Assembly: GCF_001194135.2 (NCBI RefSeq)
Contig: NC_068983.1
Span: forward strand, 149,458,958-149,522,957
DNA length: 64,000 nucleotides
Direction of reading: 5' to 3'
Source: Octopus bimaculoides
Lineage: Eukaryota
Within the stretch, counting starts at the first letter, position 1, and every line of letters starts with the position of its first letter. The translations under genes and the position numbers were made by a program. Under the pieces are notes generated by a model that did no database searches, was not told where the DNA came from, and was given only the letters and a program-made list of their open reading frames with translations. Below, one piece after another: positions 52,369 through 64,000 of the stretch.

Positions 52369-53586
52369 GTGAGTTCCAGCTGTTTGTAAAGTTGTTGTTG
52401 TGCTGTAGTAGTAACTATTGAGTTGTCACCAAAGAGTATGTTTTGTCACTTCGTACTGTTTTAGTTATTATATAATGCATGTTATTTTGCTTTGATTGTT
52501 GTCAATTTGAATCCTATGAATTCTATATTATTTCATCCGTGTTGGAGAGATGAAAGGTTAAGTAGACATATACAGAAGTTGAAATATAGAGTAATGAGCT
52601 CAAGATTAGATTTTTTTTTCCACTATTTTTTTTTTTCCACGATTCTGATTCTGATAATGAGGTGATTTGTGAGTTACTAATGAGATACATAATCTGAATG
52701 CGTAATGATTTGATCATGTTTTGTGATTTCTTATGTGGATATAAGGCTTCAGGTTATTAAGCAAAGAGGGTGGAGTTTTGTGCTGTTGATGTCCTTCATT
52801 AAGAATGTATGTGTAACGAAAACCAATTAAAACTGAGTAGACTTGGTTTTTACTAGGTATTGAGATATACATTTCTTGGGGTTAAAAAAAAACTAAAAAG
52901 ACAGTGATATTATAATAAGATTTAAGAAATTTAGTTGTTAAAACAGTTTTCATTCAATATAATTTAATGATCTGTAAATAAAGTGTTCAGACTTGTCAAT
53001 AAGGAGTTTAAATTACTGACTGGACAATCTGTTGGTTTCTTCACTGTAAACTTATGAGTCTGTGCCCTTTTCAATTGTACTATGTTGTACCTGTTCAGTA
53101 GTTGAACAGTTAAAAAACAGGGCGATAATAACTCGGTAGGTATTAGAGTGCTAAACTAAACAAAAAATGATGAGATGTTTGCTGATACTCACTCCTAGAA
53201 TCAAACTCTTTCACACATTAACAAAATAATCAACATTGACTTCCTTATGAAGGAATATTAAAATAAAAGCCAACATGACCTTTTCCAACTGAAAAATAGT
53301 TTTAATCATGGTACAAATAATTGTTTCTGCACAGTCACCTAACTACTTAACTGTCTTAAACTCATTCTTTACTCTTTACTCTTGCCTATACTATGTTTAA
53401 CTTTTCTTCTCATCCATTGCAGTATCTTGCACTTCTTACTGCTCATGTTCATTCTAGTTATTTCTCTTATTTCTTTACACATTCTTTACTTCCCCACTGT
53501 AATATCTACACTTTCGTGTTTTATTGCTTTCTCAGTTTTAGTGTCCTACTTTCTTCACTCTTAGTTACACTTATTTTCTTTCTTTC

Positions 53587-53945
53587 GTGGCTGTGTAGTG
53601 TGAAGTTTTCTTCCTAACCACATAGTTTCAGGTTCAGTCCCACTGTGTGGCACCTTTGGCAAGTCTTCTATAGCCTTGGGTCTACCAAAGCCTTGTGAGT
53701 GGATTTGGTAGATGGAAACTGAAAGAAGCCCTTTGTGTGTGTGTTTGTTCCTTACCAGTGCTGGTGTGTTTGTGCCCCCATAACTTAGCAGTTTGGCAAA
53801 GGAAGTTAATAGAATAAATACCAGGATTAAAAAGATAAAAATAAGTACTGGGGTCAATTCATTCTACTAAATATTATTCAAAGCAATGCCCCAGCATGGC
53901 TACAGTTTAATGACTAAACCAATTAAAAAAAAAAAAAAAGATGAA
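53587..53945 (+). mobile_element. SINE type A
   Basis: Head, body and tail homologous to the other type A copies. Confidence 0.8.
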
Positions 53946-55250
53946 AGAAATAACTTCTTAAACTTTGCTAAAGGCAACCTCTCAAGTAAAGCAGGTTATC
54001 CAAACTATAATCAGTACAGTGCAGTGTGCAAAGAAGTCGGGAAGATAATCTATCTGATGCTAGCAACATAGAAATATTTATCCTGTTCCATCACAAATAC
54101 TGGTTCTAGGTACTAAATATAAGAACACTGCCAAACAGTATAATTCCTACAGAGAACCATTTATTGCATTTTATTTTGATAGGGTATGCATGATGTTTAA
54201 AGAGTTTTGTCAAACAGTCATAAATTGTGATTTGTGAAGTCAGCATGATGTGTAATTTGTCCTGGTTGAACTGAGACATACAACTTTGTGCCCTACTTGG
54301 TAACACAAAAAAAAAAAACTGCAGATGATATCAATTTATTATTTATTATTTGGTTACATAATACTACTCACTTTCTTTACCTCAACATCTATTCACTTAT
54401 TTGTTTTTACCTCAGTAAATAAATATATAAGCTAATAGCATATTCTGCTATTGTAGAGTGCTAAATAAAATAGCCTTTAGTATTTACAAGGCATTGCCAT
54501 ATTATCTCAAATAAAAATATATAAACAAGCAAACGGTTAAGGATCTTTGCTTATTACCTCTGTGCCATTTACTCAAATCCTTAGAATCTTCCTTTTGTGA
54601 TACACGCCACATCACATGACTCAGCCACATGTGGTTAGAGTAATTATATTCCTATTAATTTTTATTATCCATGCTGTCACAAAAAGTATTTTTGATTTTG
54701 AGAAAGAGAAAACTTGGCCTTACATGTTAAATATATTGTTGAATACCAGATACAAGTTAGTTTTAAACCAAATTGTAAATTTTATAAATTAGAATTTTGC
54801 AATTACTTGAGTAATAAGTGAAATTTTACAGTTTCTGTTTTATGTAGCTCAAAAAATTTATAATGGTCCTTTACTCTTGAAGCAAAACTATATTATTTAT
54901 CTCAAGCGCTAGTGTAGTCAGTTACTTGACCTTTCATAATCAGAGCTATTTATTAACAGGTATTAGTCTTCTCTTAACTGGGAATGAAAAAATATCAGAC
55001 TTAGATTTAAAAGTTTATTTGGGGGCAAGACATTTGAAAAATTTACTTTGAGATACTTTTTTAACTTATGTGGTCCTTTGTGTTGATAAATATTTGGTTG
55101 AAATAAAGTTAAATTGTTTAATGTAAAGAGTTATGATATTGAAATATAATGCATAGACTGAGCAAAGAATATATAAAACAAAAGTAGTGTAAATAAAGAG
55201 TAGTACTAAAAAATAACAGACCAGAAAAACCTAAAGTATCATAACTTAAA

Positions 55251-55495
55251 GGAGGCACATAGCTTAGTGATCAGGGTGTTGGACTCCTGATTGTAAGACT
55301 GTGGTTTCAATTCTTAGACTGGGCAATGCATTATGTTCTTGTACAAAACACTTTATTTCACATTGCTCCAGTCCACTCAGCTGGCAAAAATGAGTAATCC
55401 TGCAATGGACTGGTGTCCCATCCAGGAAGGAGCATACATGCCAGAGAAACCAAGAAACTGGCCTTATGCTCCTTACAGAGTAATATGGACTAACC
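55251..55495 (+). mobile_element. tRNA-derived SINE with a V-domain-like core
   Basis: Type C-like head followed by cctgcaatggactggtgtcccatccagg, which resembles the remembered V-SINE domain. Confidence 0.6.
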
Positions 55496-57826
55496 ATAAC
55501 CATTATAACTTAGATGGTGTTAATTTATATTGAATATATTTTGTCAATCATGAATTTTATACCTGTGAGGTGTAGGTAAAAATCTTATTGGCAGCTTGAG
55601 ATACTTTCAGTTTTATAATGTAATTCTAGGTTTATGAGCTGGAGGATTGTGATAAAAATAAATTTAATATAAAGGAATCAAGAAGTTAGGGAAGAATCAA
55701 TAGTAACATTTTTAGAACAGTTCAACATACCTGAACATATGAGTTACACAAAGCTTATTGCAGTCTTACTCTAGTTAATCAATATACCTCAGGTAGAAGT
55801 GTTGAAGGTGATACTTAGCAGTTTTGTCTTTTATGAGTTGTGCATTTTATGTCATTGAGTATGTCTAACATTGGTGTTACTAAGAGAAGGAATGGTGTGT
55901 TTGACAGATATTATATTTTATGTAGGTGGTTAATAAAAGAGTTTTAGTTGTGTACGTGAATGGAAATGGTGTTAACTCTGATGTCATTTGCATATGAAAG
56001 GTTATGTGGGATGGGGCGGGGCATGTAAGAAGGTGGTGTAGGTATGAGTAGAAGTGAGACTGGATATTTGCATTCCATTTATTACTGATTGTACATGTGT
56101 TGTAATTTACATAGGCTTGTTAACCTGAGAAATACTTCAACAGTCAGTGTTTTGTGTTATTCTTTAAGCGGGTGTTAGTATTTTACATATGACTAGATTG
56201 CTTGCCCCACAAAAATTTGGAGCTTAATTTGTCTAAACAAGCCACTCCCTACTGTCACAAAATGTAAAATCTAATGTTTTTTTTATAGCCGTAGTCACTC
56301 AGTAAGAAGGCCAAAATTGCATATAGTGAGATACTTTAACAATCTTTCTAATATACCATCTTTTAATACAAATCAGGAAAAAAAATAGGTTTCATAAGGA
56401 ATTTATAGAACCAATTACTAAGTTAACTGGTATTTTTTGTTATTTTGTCTTTATTCACTCAATCTATCTGTTCATTCTGCAAGATTGTTGTAACTAATCT
56501 TTTGCCTGTTATTTCTAATAACAAGACACAAAATTCACTATTAAAATGCTTTTCTGTTGTATCAGTTTTTTTGTTTTGTTTTGTTTTGTTTTTTGTGTGT
56601 GTGTGTGTTTAGTGTTTGTTTGCTTACATATTCATGCATGAAATTATGTTGTTTAATATAATTCTTTTTTACAACACTGCCATCTCTGTTCTTGTTCTAC
56701 AATACTGTCATCACTACTCTTTTGATTTAAGATGCCTTGGTAGCAAAAGGGTCAGCAGTTTACATCCATCATGCTACGCCAATATCAAAAACATTTAACT
56801 TTTTGTAGCCCTGTCCACAGTCAGTTTCTTTCTTTATTTAATTAATTTGAGTAGAGGAACAATGCATTTGACTATGGCAATGCTCAAACTGCAAATAGCT
56901 ACAATGACTATTATATTAGCTTGAATGTTGGACTCAGATCTTTATTCCCTTTGCTAGACCCTTGTTAAAAGCTAGTGTTAACACACAGCTGCCTTGTTCT
57001 GTGAAAGCTGAAATAAATCCAGCATATTTTATCTACCATACGGAGACTGTCATTATACACAAATGTCTGTGTAAAAGATCCTGTATAAACTGAGTTCAAG
57101 CAACAGGATCCTCTTGCAACACTGTAATTCTTTATTGGTCCATACTTATCTGTAGTCTCTCAGTAGTTCATTCCCCACCCTGTCTATATTTCAATGAATT
57201 TTGATGTTGTAGAAGAAAATGAAACAGTTTTACTCCATGGCCCTTCTTATCTCTAACAATCACCACTTCCATATTGGTGTACATGCCTGTTTGCCTATCT
57301 ATCTCTACCTCTACATATTAAATTGAAATTTTAACTATCATATGCTTTGCAACAGGTGTTTTCTACCCTTTTCCTTGTTTAAAGACTTATAATACACACA
57401 TACACACACTCTTATGATTCTAAACTTTCTACACTGATAAAATATGCATTTCTGCACTCATTTAATTACTGCAGCTAGGTTGATGATGGAGGGGCAGTGC
57501 TAGAGAGCTGATGGATGATGGAAAAGACTTGAGGAGGAAATTAGGTGAAGGCTTCAGTTTCACTGAGATGTACACATCTTAAGTATTGCATATCACCAGT
57601 CATCCTGGTCCTTAATCATCTGTTCCATGAGGTTCAAGGTCCTGAGATCAGCCTTCACTGCTTTATCTCATGTCTTCATGGACCTCCCTCTTCCACAAGC
57701 TTCATCAAAGCTGTGGCATCCAGCCTTAGCTACTCCTAATTTTCCAATTTCATTGTGAAACATGGAAACGGGAAACTTTTAAAATCTCATATAGAATTGT
57801 TTTAAATTATGTGATTCCATCTTCAG

Positions 57827-57868
57827 GGTACCACTGAGGTGAAGCCATCAGAAGAGTTTTCAGCAAGT
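57827..57868 (+). CDS. TPD52: 42-nt symmetric cassette exon GTTEVKPSEEFSAS
   Basis: Acceptor gattccatcttcag, donor AGT|GTGAGT, phase 0-0, open frame. Confidence 0.68.
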
Positions 57869-59429
57869 GTGAGTGAAATATTTTTTTAAAAAATGAAAAA
57901 TCCCAAACCTAACCACACTTGTTTTCTGTTAGCTGTGTTACTACACCTTTTTCTGCTTCTCCTTTCTCAGCTGGTTCTGTTCAATAAAATAAGTATCAGT
58001 CAGTATATTATTAAGTCAATATAATTGACAGTTTCCTCCTGCACGAGTTCCTAACCTTGTGCCTACATACCCACACATCCTCATTTTATATATTAATCAA
58101 TATGCTTGATAATGAGATTTTAGTACATTACAACTTACCTTTTTATTTAATATGTAGACAAACTTTAATCTGTCAATTCTGTCTTCTTATACTATTTTAC
58201 ATCCATATTTCTAACTTAGCACGACTAAAATAGCTTTTGTAATCTTGCTTACTATTAGGGCTTTTTTTTTTTTTAGTCTTCCTACCTCTCTTCCTTAGAC
58301 ATTAAAATAGGTATAAAGCCAGTTTATCAGCCAGCCAGACTGATTCAAACAGGGGTTTGAGCCATTGCCAAGGGATACTATATAACTGTTATAGTAGTAG
58401 AAAGAATCAAACTTCAAATGACATGGTCTGCAACTTTAACCTCACTGCTACTATCCTTTTTAATCCACGTATAACTTCTTTATAGAATACCTCATTTAAT
58501 ATTTTTCATTAAAAAAAAAAAATGCTTACTTTACTTATGTACAAGAAAGTTCAAACAGTACTATTTTTATATATTGCTTTTTCTATTCAAGATGTCAGAA
58601 AATTATTACTGTTGTCATATTTGCACTCACTTTGTGCTAGTCTTTTTTATATATCTCTTTACATTTGTTAATTAAACAGTATTTTTTTCTTCTTCTTCGG
58701 AAGTGTGTGTTTATGCTCATATTCATGAAGGTGATTGTGCTTATATTCATTGTGTAAATGTGTTTGAAAATATTGAAAACTGAAATAGCTTCTTTCTGTT
58801 TTTAATAGTTAATCAGCAGATATCATGATTATACCTCATGATTATGATGAAAATAAACAAGCTTATTGTGTGATGTAATTATTGCTCACATTCTATTGTT
58901 CTGTTTTCTAACGGAATTAGATGCACAGTCGATGACCTGGTGGTAATGGAATTATCTGAATGGCATGAATTTCTTGTCATTACAATGACCATCTAATCTC
59001 TGATAAATAACAACATTATTTGTACTACAAAAAACCTCCAAACAACATAGGTTAGCTGAGAGGATGTAAGACCTGTTCAGAGTGACATATATCAAAAAAT
59101 ACCTCGGACCTACTACATATGCGTATGCACACTTACTAGTGATGGCCCCTCCATGTGGTTGCTTGGCTTGCTAAAATTAACAGCCAAATTTCCCTCAAGT
59201 CAACTTCATCAATGTAAAAAAAAAAGGACACATTGGATAATGTAGGCATATATACACTATGCCTGAGAAAAAAATAGGTTTATATTGGCTGGAACATTCT
59301 TGAAGATCTGTCACCCCAGTCAGGACTGAACTAGAGCTAAGCAATACACAAACACACACATTAGCATTCACATGTACAGTAATACTCTATACATTTCTTT
59401 CACTAGTACTCACATACTTATCATCATCA

Positions 59430-59850
59430 TCATCATCATTATTTAATGTCCACTGTTCCATGCTTGTGTAAGTTGGATGGAATTTTTTAGGCAGATTTTC
59501 TACAACCAGATGCTCTTCCTGTCACCAACCTTTACCTGTTTGCAAGTAAGGTAATATTCTCCCAGACCAGACATGTTTACACAGAAGATTGGAAACAAAG
59601 ACACTGATTGCATGACTTTCATTTACAACTATCACGTAAAGTCAAGACAAGGAGACAATAATGTGCATGCACGCACACACACACACTATGGTTTTTTTTT
59701 TTTTTTTCATTTTCTCTCTACTAAATCCACTTACAAGGCTTTCCCAGCCTCAAACTATAGTAGAAGACACTTGCCCAAGGTGCCACACAATGGGACTGAA
59801 CTTGAGACCATGTGGTTGGGAAGTAAGCTTCTCACCACATAGCTATGCCT
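59430..59850 (-). mobile_element. SINE type F
   Basis: Runs from the (CAT)n tail at 59.43 kb to the head ...accacatagctatgcct on the + strand. Confidence 0.8.
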
Positions 59851-60049
59851 GTGTGTTATAGTTTATATAAAAGCAATAGGTTGTGTTAATATATTGTTAG
59901 ATTACTAGTTAATAAGACTCAAGTTCAAATTTATGATAAGTGTTTTGTTACGTGTTAGGACAGCATAGTTAATTCTATAGAACTAAGTTCACATAACCAG
60001 GGAATTGGCACTTATTTCTTCACTGTCACCAAAACAGATTTATCTCTCA

Positions 60050-61450
60050 TCTGTGTTATGCTAAACATCCACTGCCGTTCAATGAGCATGGGTTGTGGAG
60101 CACAGCTTGGCAACAAGGCCACACTTCAGTCTTTGGCAGACCACTATGAGTGTATACTCTCTGATTCCAAGCAGATGTGTGCAGTTTTTCAATGGCACTT
60201 TGCCAGATTGTTCACAAGAAGTGATAAAATGGAAATGATGGGCTTCAATCTTACCTCAGTGACCTGCTGTTGCTATTGGCTAAACATGCAGATTAGTATG
60301 TAAAAAAAAAAAAAAATCAGCTGTTGAAGTAGCAGACATGTTGAACAACTAACTGTATGATAGATAAATTGCCAAGACTGGACAGTCTGTTGTATGGACT
60401 TATTATTACATGTCTGACTTCTTTGTTGTCTTGGCAGCTGTCTATTGCAATTGGTAGTAGATTGGAAGCATTCCAAATTTTGTGAACTGGTGATGCTGTT
60501 GAGGAAGAATCTGAACAAGAGAGAATAGTGGAGACCTTCAAACCCATAACTCTGCTCATCATAAAGTAAAAGATTTTAGTTTAAGATGCTTGTCAGTAAC
60601 AGTTTAAGCCAGAGATGCAGACTTGTGCAACCCCCAGTTGATCAATCCACAATAATTTGTACTTCATGAAATAAAATATAATGTTAGCCGCAGTAGATCT
60701 GGCTTTGGTAAGTTTCTAATCAATTTAGATTAGTGTGAAGCAGATGATAGGATCAACCCTCCTACCTGGCAGTTTTCCTAAGCAGAGATGGTTTTGATCT
60801 CATTTACAGAGGCTGAATCACTACAATGTGCAGTGTCATCTGTGCTGTTGTCAAATTTAAATAGTCACCTACCAGAAGTGTTTCGTATCACATGCACACT
60901 TTGCCAAGGCTGCCTTCTCTCATCCCTTCAGTATATTTTACCTCCAGTGCCAAAGTATGTTGAAGATGTTGAGGGCAACCTGCTTGAACTGGGATATGAA
61001 AGACCTATTTTTGGATGTGCAGACAACATGAGATGGGAATTGAGGTGGTCAATAGCTGTAGACATCATGGTGCTGACACACTGGGTTTAGTCATGGTCAG
61101 TACCATTGTGGAGGAGCAGTCGGAGGCATTGGGAGCATGCATTACCCAGGGCAAGGAAAAAACTTCTGTTACTGGTTGAAGACCTTAACTTGCCAGTGCA
61201 TTTACTTGTTGAAAATAAATTCTACAAGCATAGCCATCTTGAAACCACCAGCAACTGTGCTTGTCTGAGATACATACAGAGTGGAAAGATTATCTGGCAC
61301 ACATTCGCTCAGTGTTTATGCATTGCTGATTTGTGGGTTATGTTGAACAGCTGTTATCAACTGAGTCTACCATGAAAATCAGCCCCTCATCTTCCTTTGG
61401 CGGGAGGGGTAGTATTCCTTGGCCGCATTTCCATGGCAAAGGGAGTTGTG
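60050..61450 (+). mobile_element. Decayed L1/Tx1-like LINE ORF2 remnant
   Basis: QMCAVFQWHFARLF, KLPRLDSLLY (like SPGLDGLPY), FKPITLL, CQGCLLSSLQYIL (like RQGCPLSPLLY) and GCADN (like YADD), in the expected order. Confidence 0.7.
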
Positions 61451-61729
61451 TAATGGGATATGGTTGGAAGTGTTTTTCTTCTCATACGAAACCCTAATCA
61501 ACTACAAGTAGCACTTTAAGGAAAAGGTAAGAGCAGAAAGGGAGGTTGTATGAAAGGTCCAAGAGAGTGACAAAATTAGCATAACTAAATGGACCCACAT
61601 GAACTCTGCCACCTTGTATGTAGTTTCATAAGAACTGAAAGAAAGCACTTGTTTTAATGTGTCAAGCTAATCCCAAATTGCATGTGAGGTGCCTCAAATT
61701 ACCCTAAGAGTGTAAAAGCGCTCATTACA

Positions 61730-61850
61730 TTCTTGGAGTGGTTGCCATTAGGAAGGGCATCCAGCTGTAGAAGACCATACCAAATTAGACTGGAGTCTGG
61801 TGCAGCCTTCCAATATGCCAGTATGGACAATGGACGTTAAATGATGATGG
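61730..61850 (+). mobile_element. RTE 3'-tail copy
   Basis: ggagtggttgccattaggaagggcatccagctgtag...ggacgttaaatgatgat. Confidence 0.75.
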
Positions 61851-62129
61851 TTCTCTCCTCACTCATATTTTAAGAATCTTTCTTGTTCCTATTATGTTAA
61901 TCTGTACTGTTATTACTATTCCTTATTATTTGATTATTAATGTACTTTTTTGAATGAAGTAAATACTCTACTGCTTCTTTTCTCTTATGTTACTTTGTAT
62001 TTTGCCTTTATATTATCCCTTTCTTGGGCTCTTGTGAACAATAAAAAAATTGTTGTTGGACTACAGTTTGGTATTAAAATAATTGTAACTTAGCTTCAAG
62101 TTTTATTGATGTTATTTCATTCATAATAG

Positions 62130-62530
62130 GCGCAGGCATGGCTCTGTGGTAAGAAGCTTGCTTCCCAACCACATAGTTCTGGGTTCAGTCCCCCTGCGTG
62201 GCACCTTGGGCAAGTGTCTTCTACTATAGCCTCAGGCCGACCAAAGCCTTGTGAGTGGATTTGGTAGATGGAAGTTGAAAGCAGCCTGTCATATATATGT
62301 ATATGTATGTATATTTTATGTGAGTATGTGTTTGTCCTCCACCATCACCTGACAACCAATGTTGGTGTGTTTACCTTCCTGTAACCTAGCAGTTCAGCAA
62401 AAGAGATTGATAAAATAAGTACTAGGCTTACAAAGAATACGTCTTGGGGTCGACTGCTTCGACTAAAAACCCTTTAAGGTGGTGCTCCAGCATGACCACA
62501 GTCAGGATGACTTAAACATGTAAAAGAATA
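62130..62530 (+). mobile_element. SINE type A
   Basis: Full-length copy with tail ggtggtgctccagcatgaccacagtc. Confidence 0.85.
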
Positions 62531-62684
62531 ATAATTTAATAGATTGTGGGACATAAAAATACAGTACTAGTGTAAAAGTGGTGAAAAAATAATGGAACAC
62601 ACACAAAAGCAACAGAACCAGTTTATAAGTGATGCTGTTGCACAAGTATAGATGTGTGTGTGTGTGTGAATATTTATACACTGC

Positions 62685-63065
62685 AGACATGGCTGTGTGG
62701 TATAAAGTTTGCTTCCAACCACATGCTTCTAGGTTTAGTCCTAATGCATAACACCGTGCAAGTGGATTTGGTAGGTGCAAACTGAAAGAAACCCATTGCA
62801 TATATGCATATGTATGTGTGTGTTACAGTTTCTTTGCTTTGACATTGCATGCTAGTAGTAAACTAGTGTCACCATAATGCAAGTGGTGTCCTTAATTTCC
62901 AATATTCTGTTTATGCTGGTCATGGGTAAATATTACCTTACTTGGAGACAGGTGAGGGTTGGTGATAGGAAGAGCATTGAGCCATAGAAAATCCACCTCA
63001 ATAAACTCTGTCCAACTGATTCAAGCATGGAAAAGTAGATGTTGAAATGTTGATGAGGATGATGT
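62685..63065 (+). mobile_element. SINE type F ending about 40 bp upstream of the last TPD52 exon
   Basis: Head gacatggctgtgtggta ... tail gcatggaaaagtagatgttgaaatgttgatgaggatgat. Confidence 0.8.
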
Positions 63066-63105
63066 ATATATGTATATAATACAATCTTTCATTTTCCATT
63101 TTCAG

Positions 63106-63228
63106 TCTCGAGTGAAAGGTAGCAAATCCAACCAGAGCCTCAATGAAAGTTTCCAGGCATCCAGTGAACCAAGTACTCCCCGATCAGAGGACAATCCTCC
63201 TCTGCCCGAAGAAAAGGTGCCCCTGTAG
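63106..63228 (+). CDS. TPD52: TPD52-family terminal coding exon SRVKGSKSNQ...PEEKVPL*
   Basis: Acceptor ctttcattttccattttcag, phase 0, 40 codons then TAG at 63226-63228. It begins SRV, like SKV in vertebrate D52 last exons. The U-rich 3'UTR follows. Confidence 0.9.
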   Translation, partial: SRVKGSKSNQSLNESFQASSEPSTPRSEDNPPLPEEKVPL

Positions 63229-64000
63229 ACATTGAACTTCAATAGCAGAGCTTTTTATTTCCATGAACATTTTACTTTTTCTTCCTCCTCTGTATTCCTA
63301 TTACAGTCTGGTTTTATTCCAGTCTATTTCTCAAAACTTTTTTTTTTTTTCTTTTTTGGAGACAATTGCTTCCAGTTCACTAACCAAGATGAAAGCTTTG
63401 GTTGTATCATGCAATATGACTGAAGATATTTTTAACAAAAAATATTTTAAATAGTTTTAACTCCATCCCTAAAGAAAGTCAAATTTAAAAAAGAACATGA
63501 CATATTTCCCAATATTTCATTTAGCTAGTTTTAGTGATCATTAAAAAAAAAAGCATATAGATACATATAATAATACTACTACTAATAATAATAATTATAA
63601 TTTTTTTTTTATCATTCTTCCATATAATCTCTTTAGCCTTTTCTTGTGACGGATTAACTTTTTGGCATATTTATGCTGATGAACATATCTTTCTTGGCAG
63701 TTTTGCAACACTGACCCTCTTTTCCTAGACTTAATGTCTTGGTATGATTGTAAATTGTCTGTTTATGTAGGGATGTGTATAGCAAAAGGCATAAATGGTT
63801 GCCACTGGAGTTTATCTTTGGCTCCAAAACACTTTACTAACCATTGCTCTGTGCTAACACATTAAGTCAGCTTATTGATGAAGGATGAAGGATGAAGGAT
63901 GAAACTTCAATTTAGATACTGTTGATGATGGTGATAATTTTCATAACAATGGTAATGAGAATAATGATAATGATGGGTGTTGATGAAAATGATGAAGGTG

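Noticed and set aside
58921-58942. ag|ATGCACAGTCGATGACCTGGTG|gtaatg mini-exon
   Set aside because: Poor pyrimidine tract, 22 nt long, contains a stop; expected by chance.

Overview
AT-rich, microsatellite- and SINE-dense animal genomic DNA, most consistent with Octopus (inferred from the repeat families; not verified), with two N gaps. One + strand protein-coding gene spans almost the whole window: a tumor protein D52-family gene (TPD52/D54-like). I assembled it by hand from splice sites and reading phase. Six core exons (3493-3763, 33086-33219, 33819-33967, 49864-49965, 51408-51468, 63106-63228) total 840 nt and give a 279-aa ORF; the ORF track shows only the first. The main finding is a set of short frame-preserving cassette exons hidden in the introns: two 24-nt microexons sharing a 13-nt core (34655-34678, 42829-42852), a candidate 24-nt exon that repeats the YQKT start of the next exon with only synonymous differences (47861-47884), and 36-nt (52333-52368) and 42-nt (57827-57868) cassettes. 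The introns also hold remnants of LINEs (RTE, CR1-like, R4/Dong-like, L1/Tx1-like), a mariner fragment, hAT- and piggyBac-like MITEs and several tRNA-derived SINE families. Other notable items are a 36-bp hairpin arisen inside a MITE, a permuted inverted duplication at a SINE head, and an unidentified decayed antisense reading frame. All family assignments come from remembered motifs, no searches were run, and repeat boundaries are approximate.
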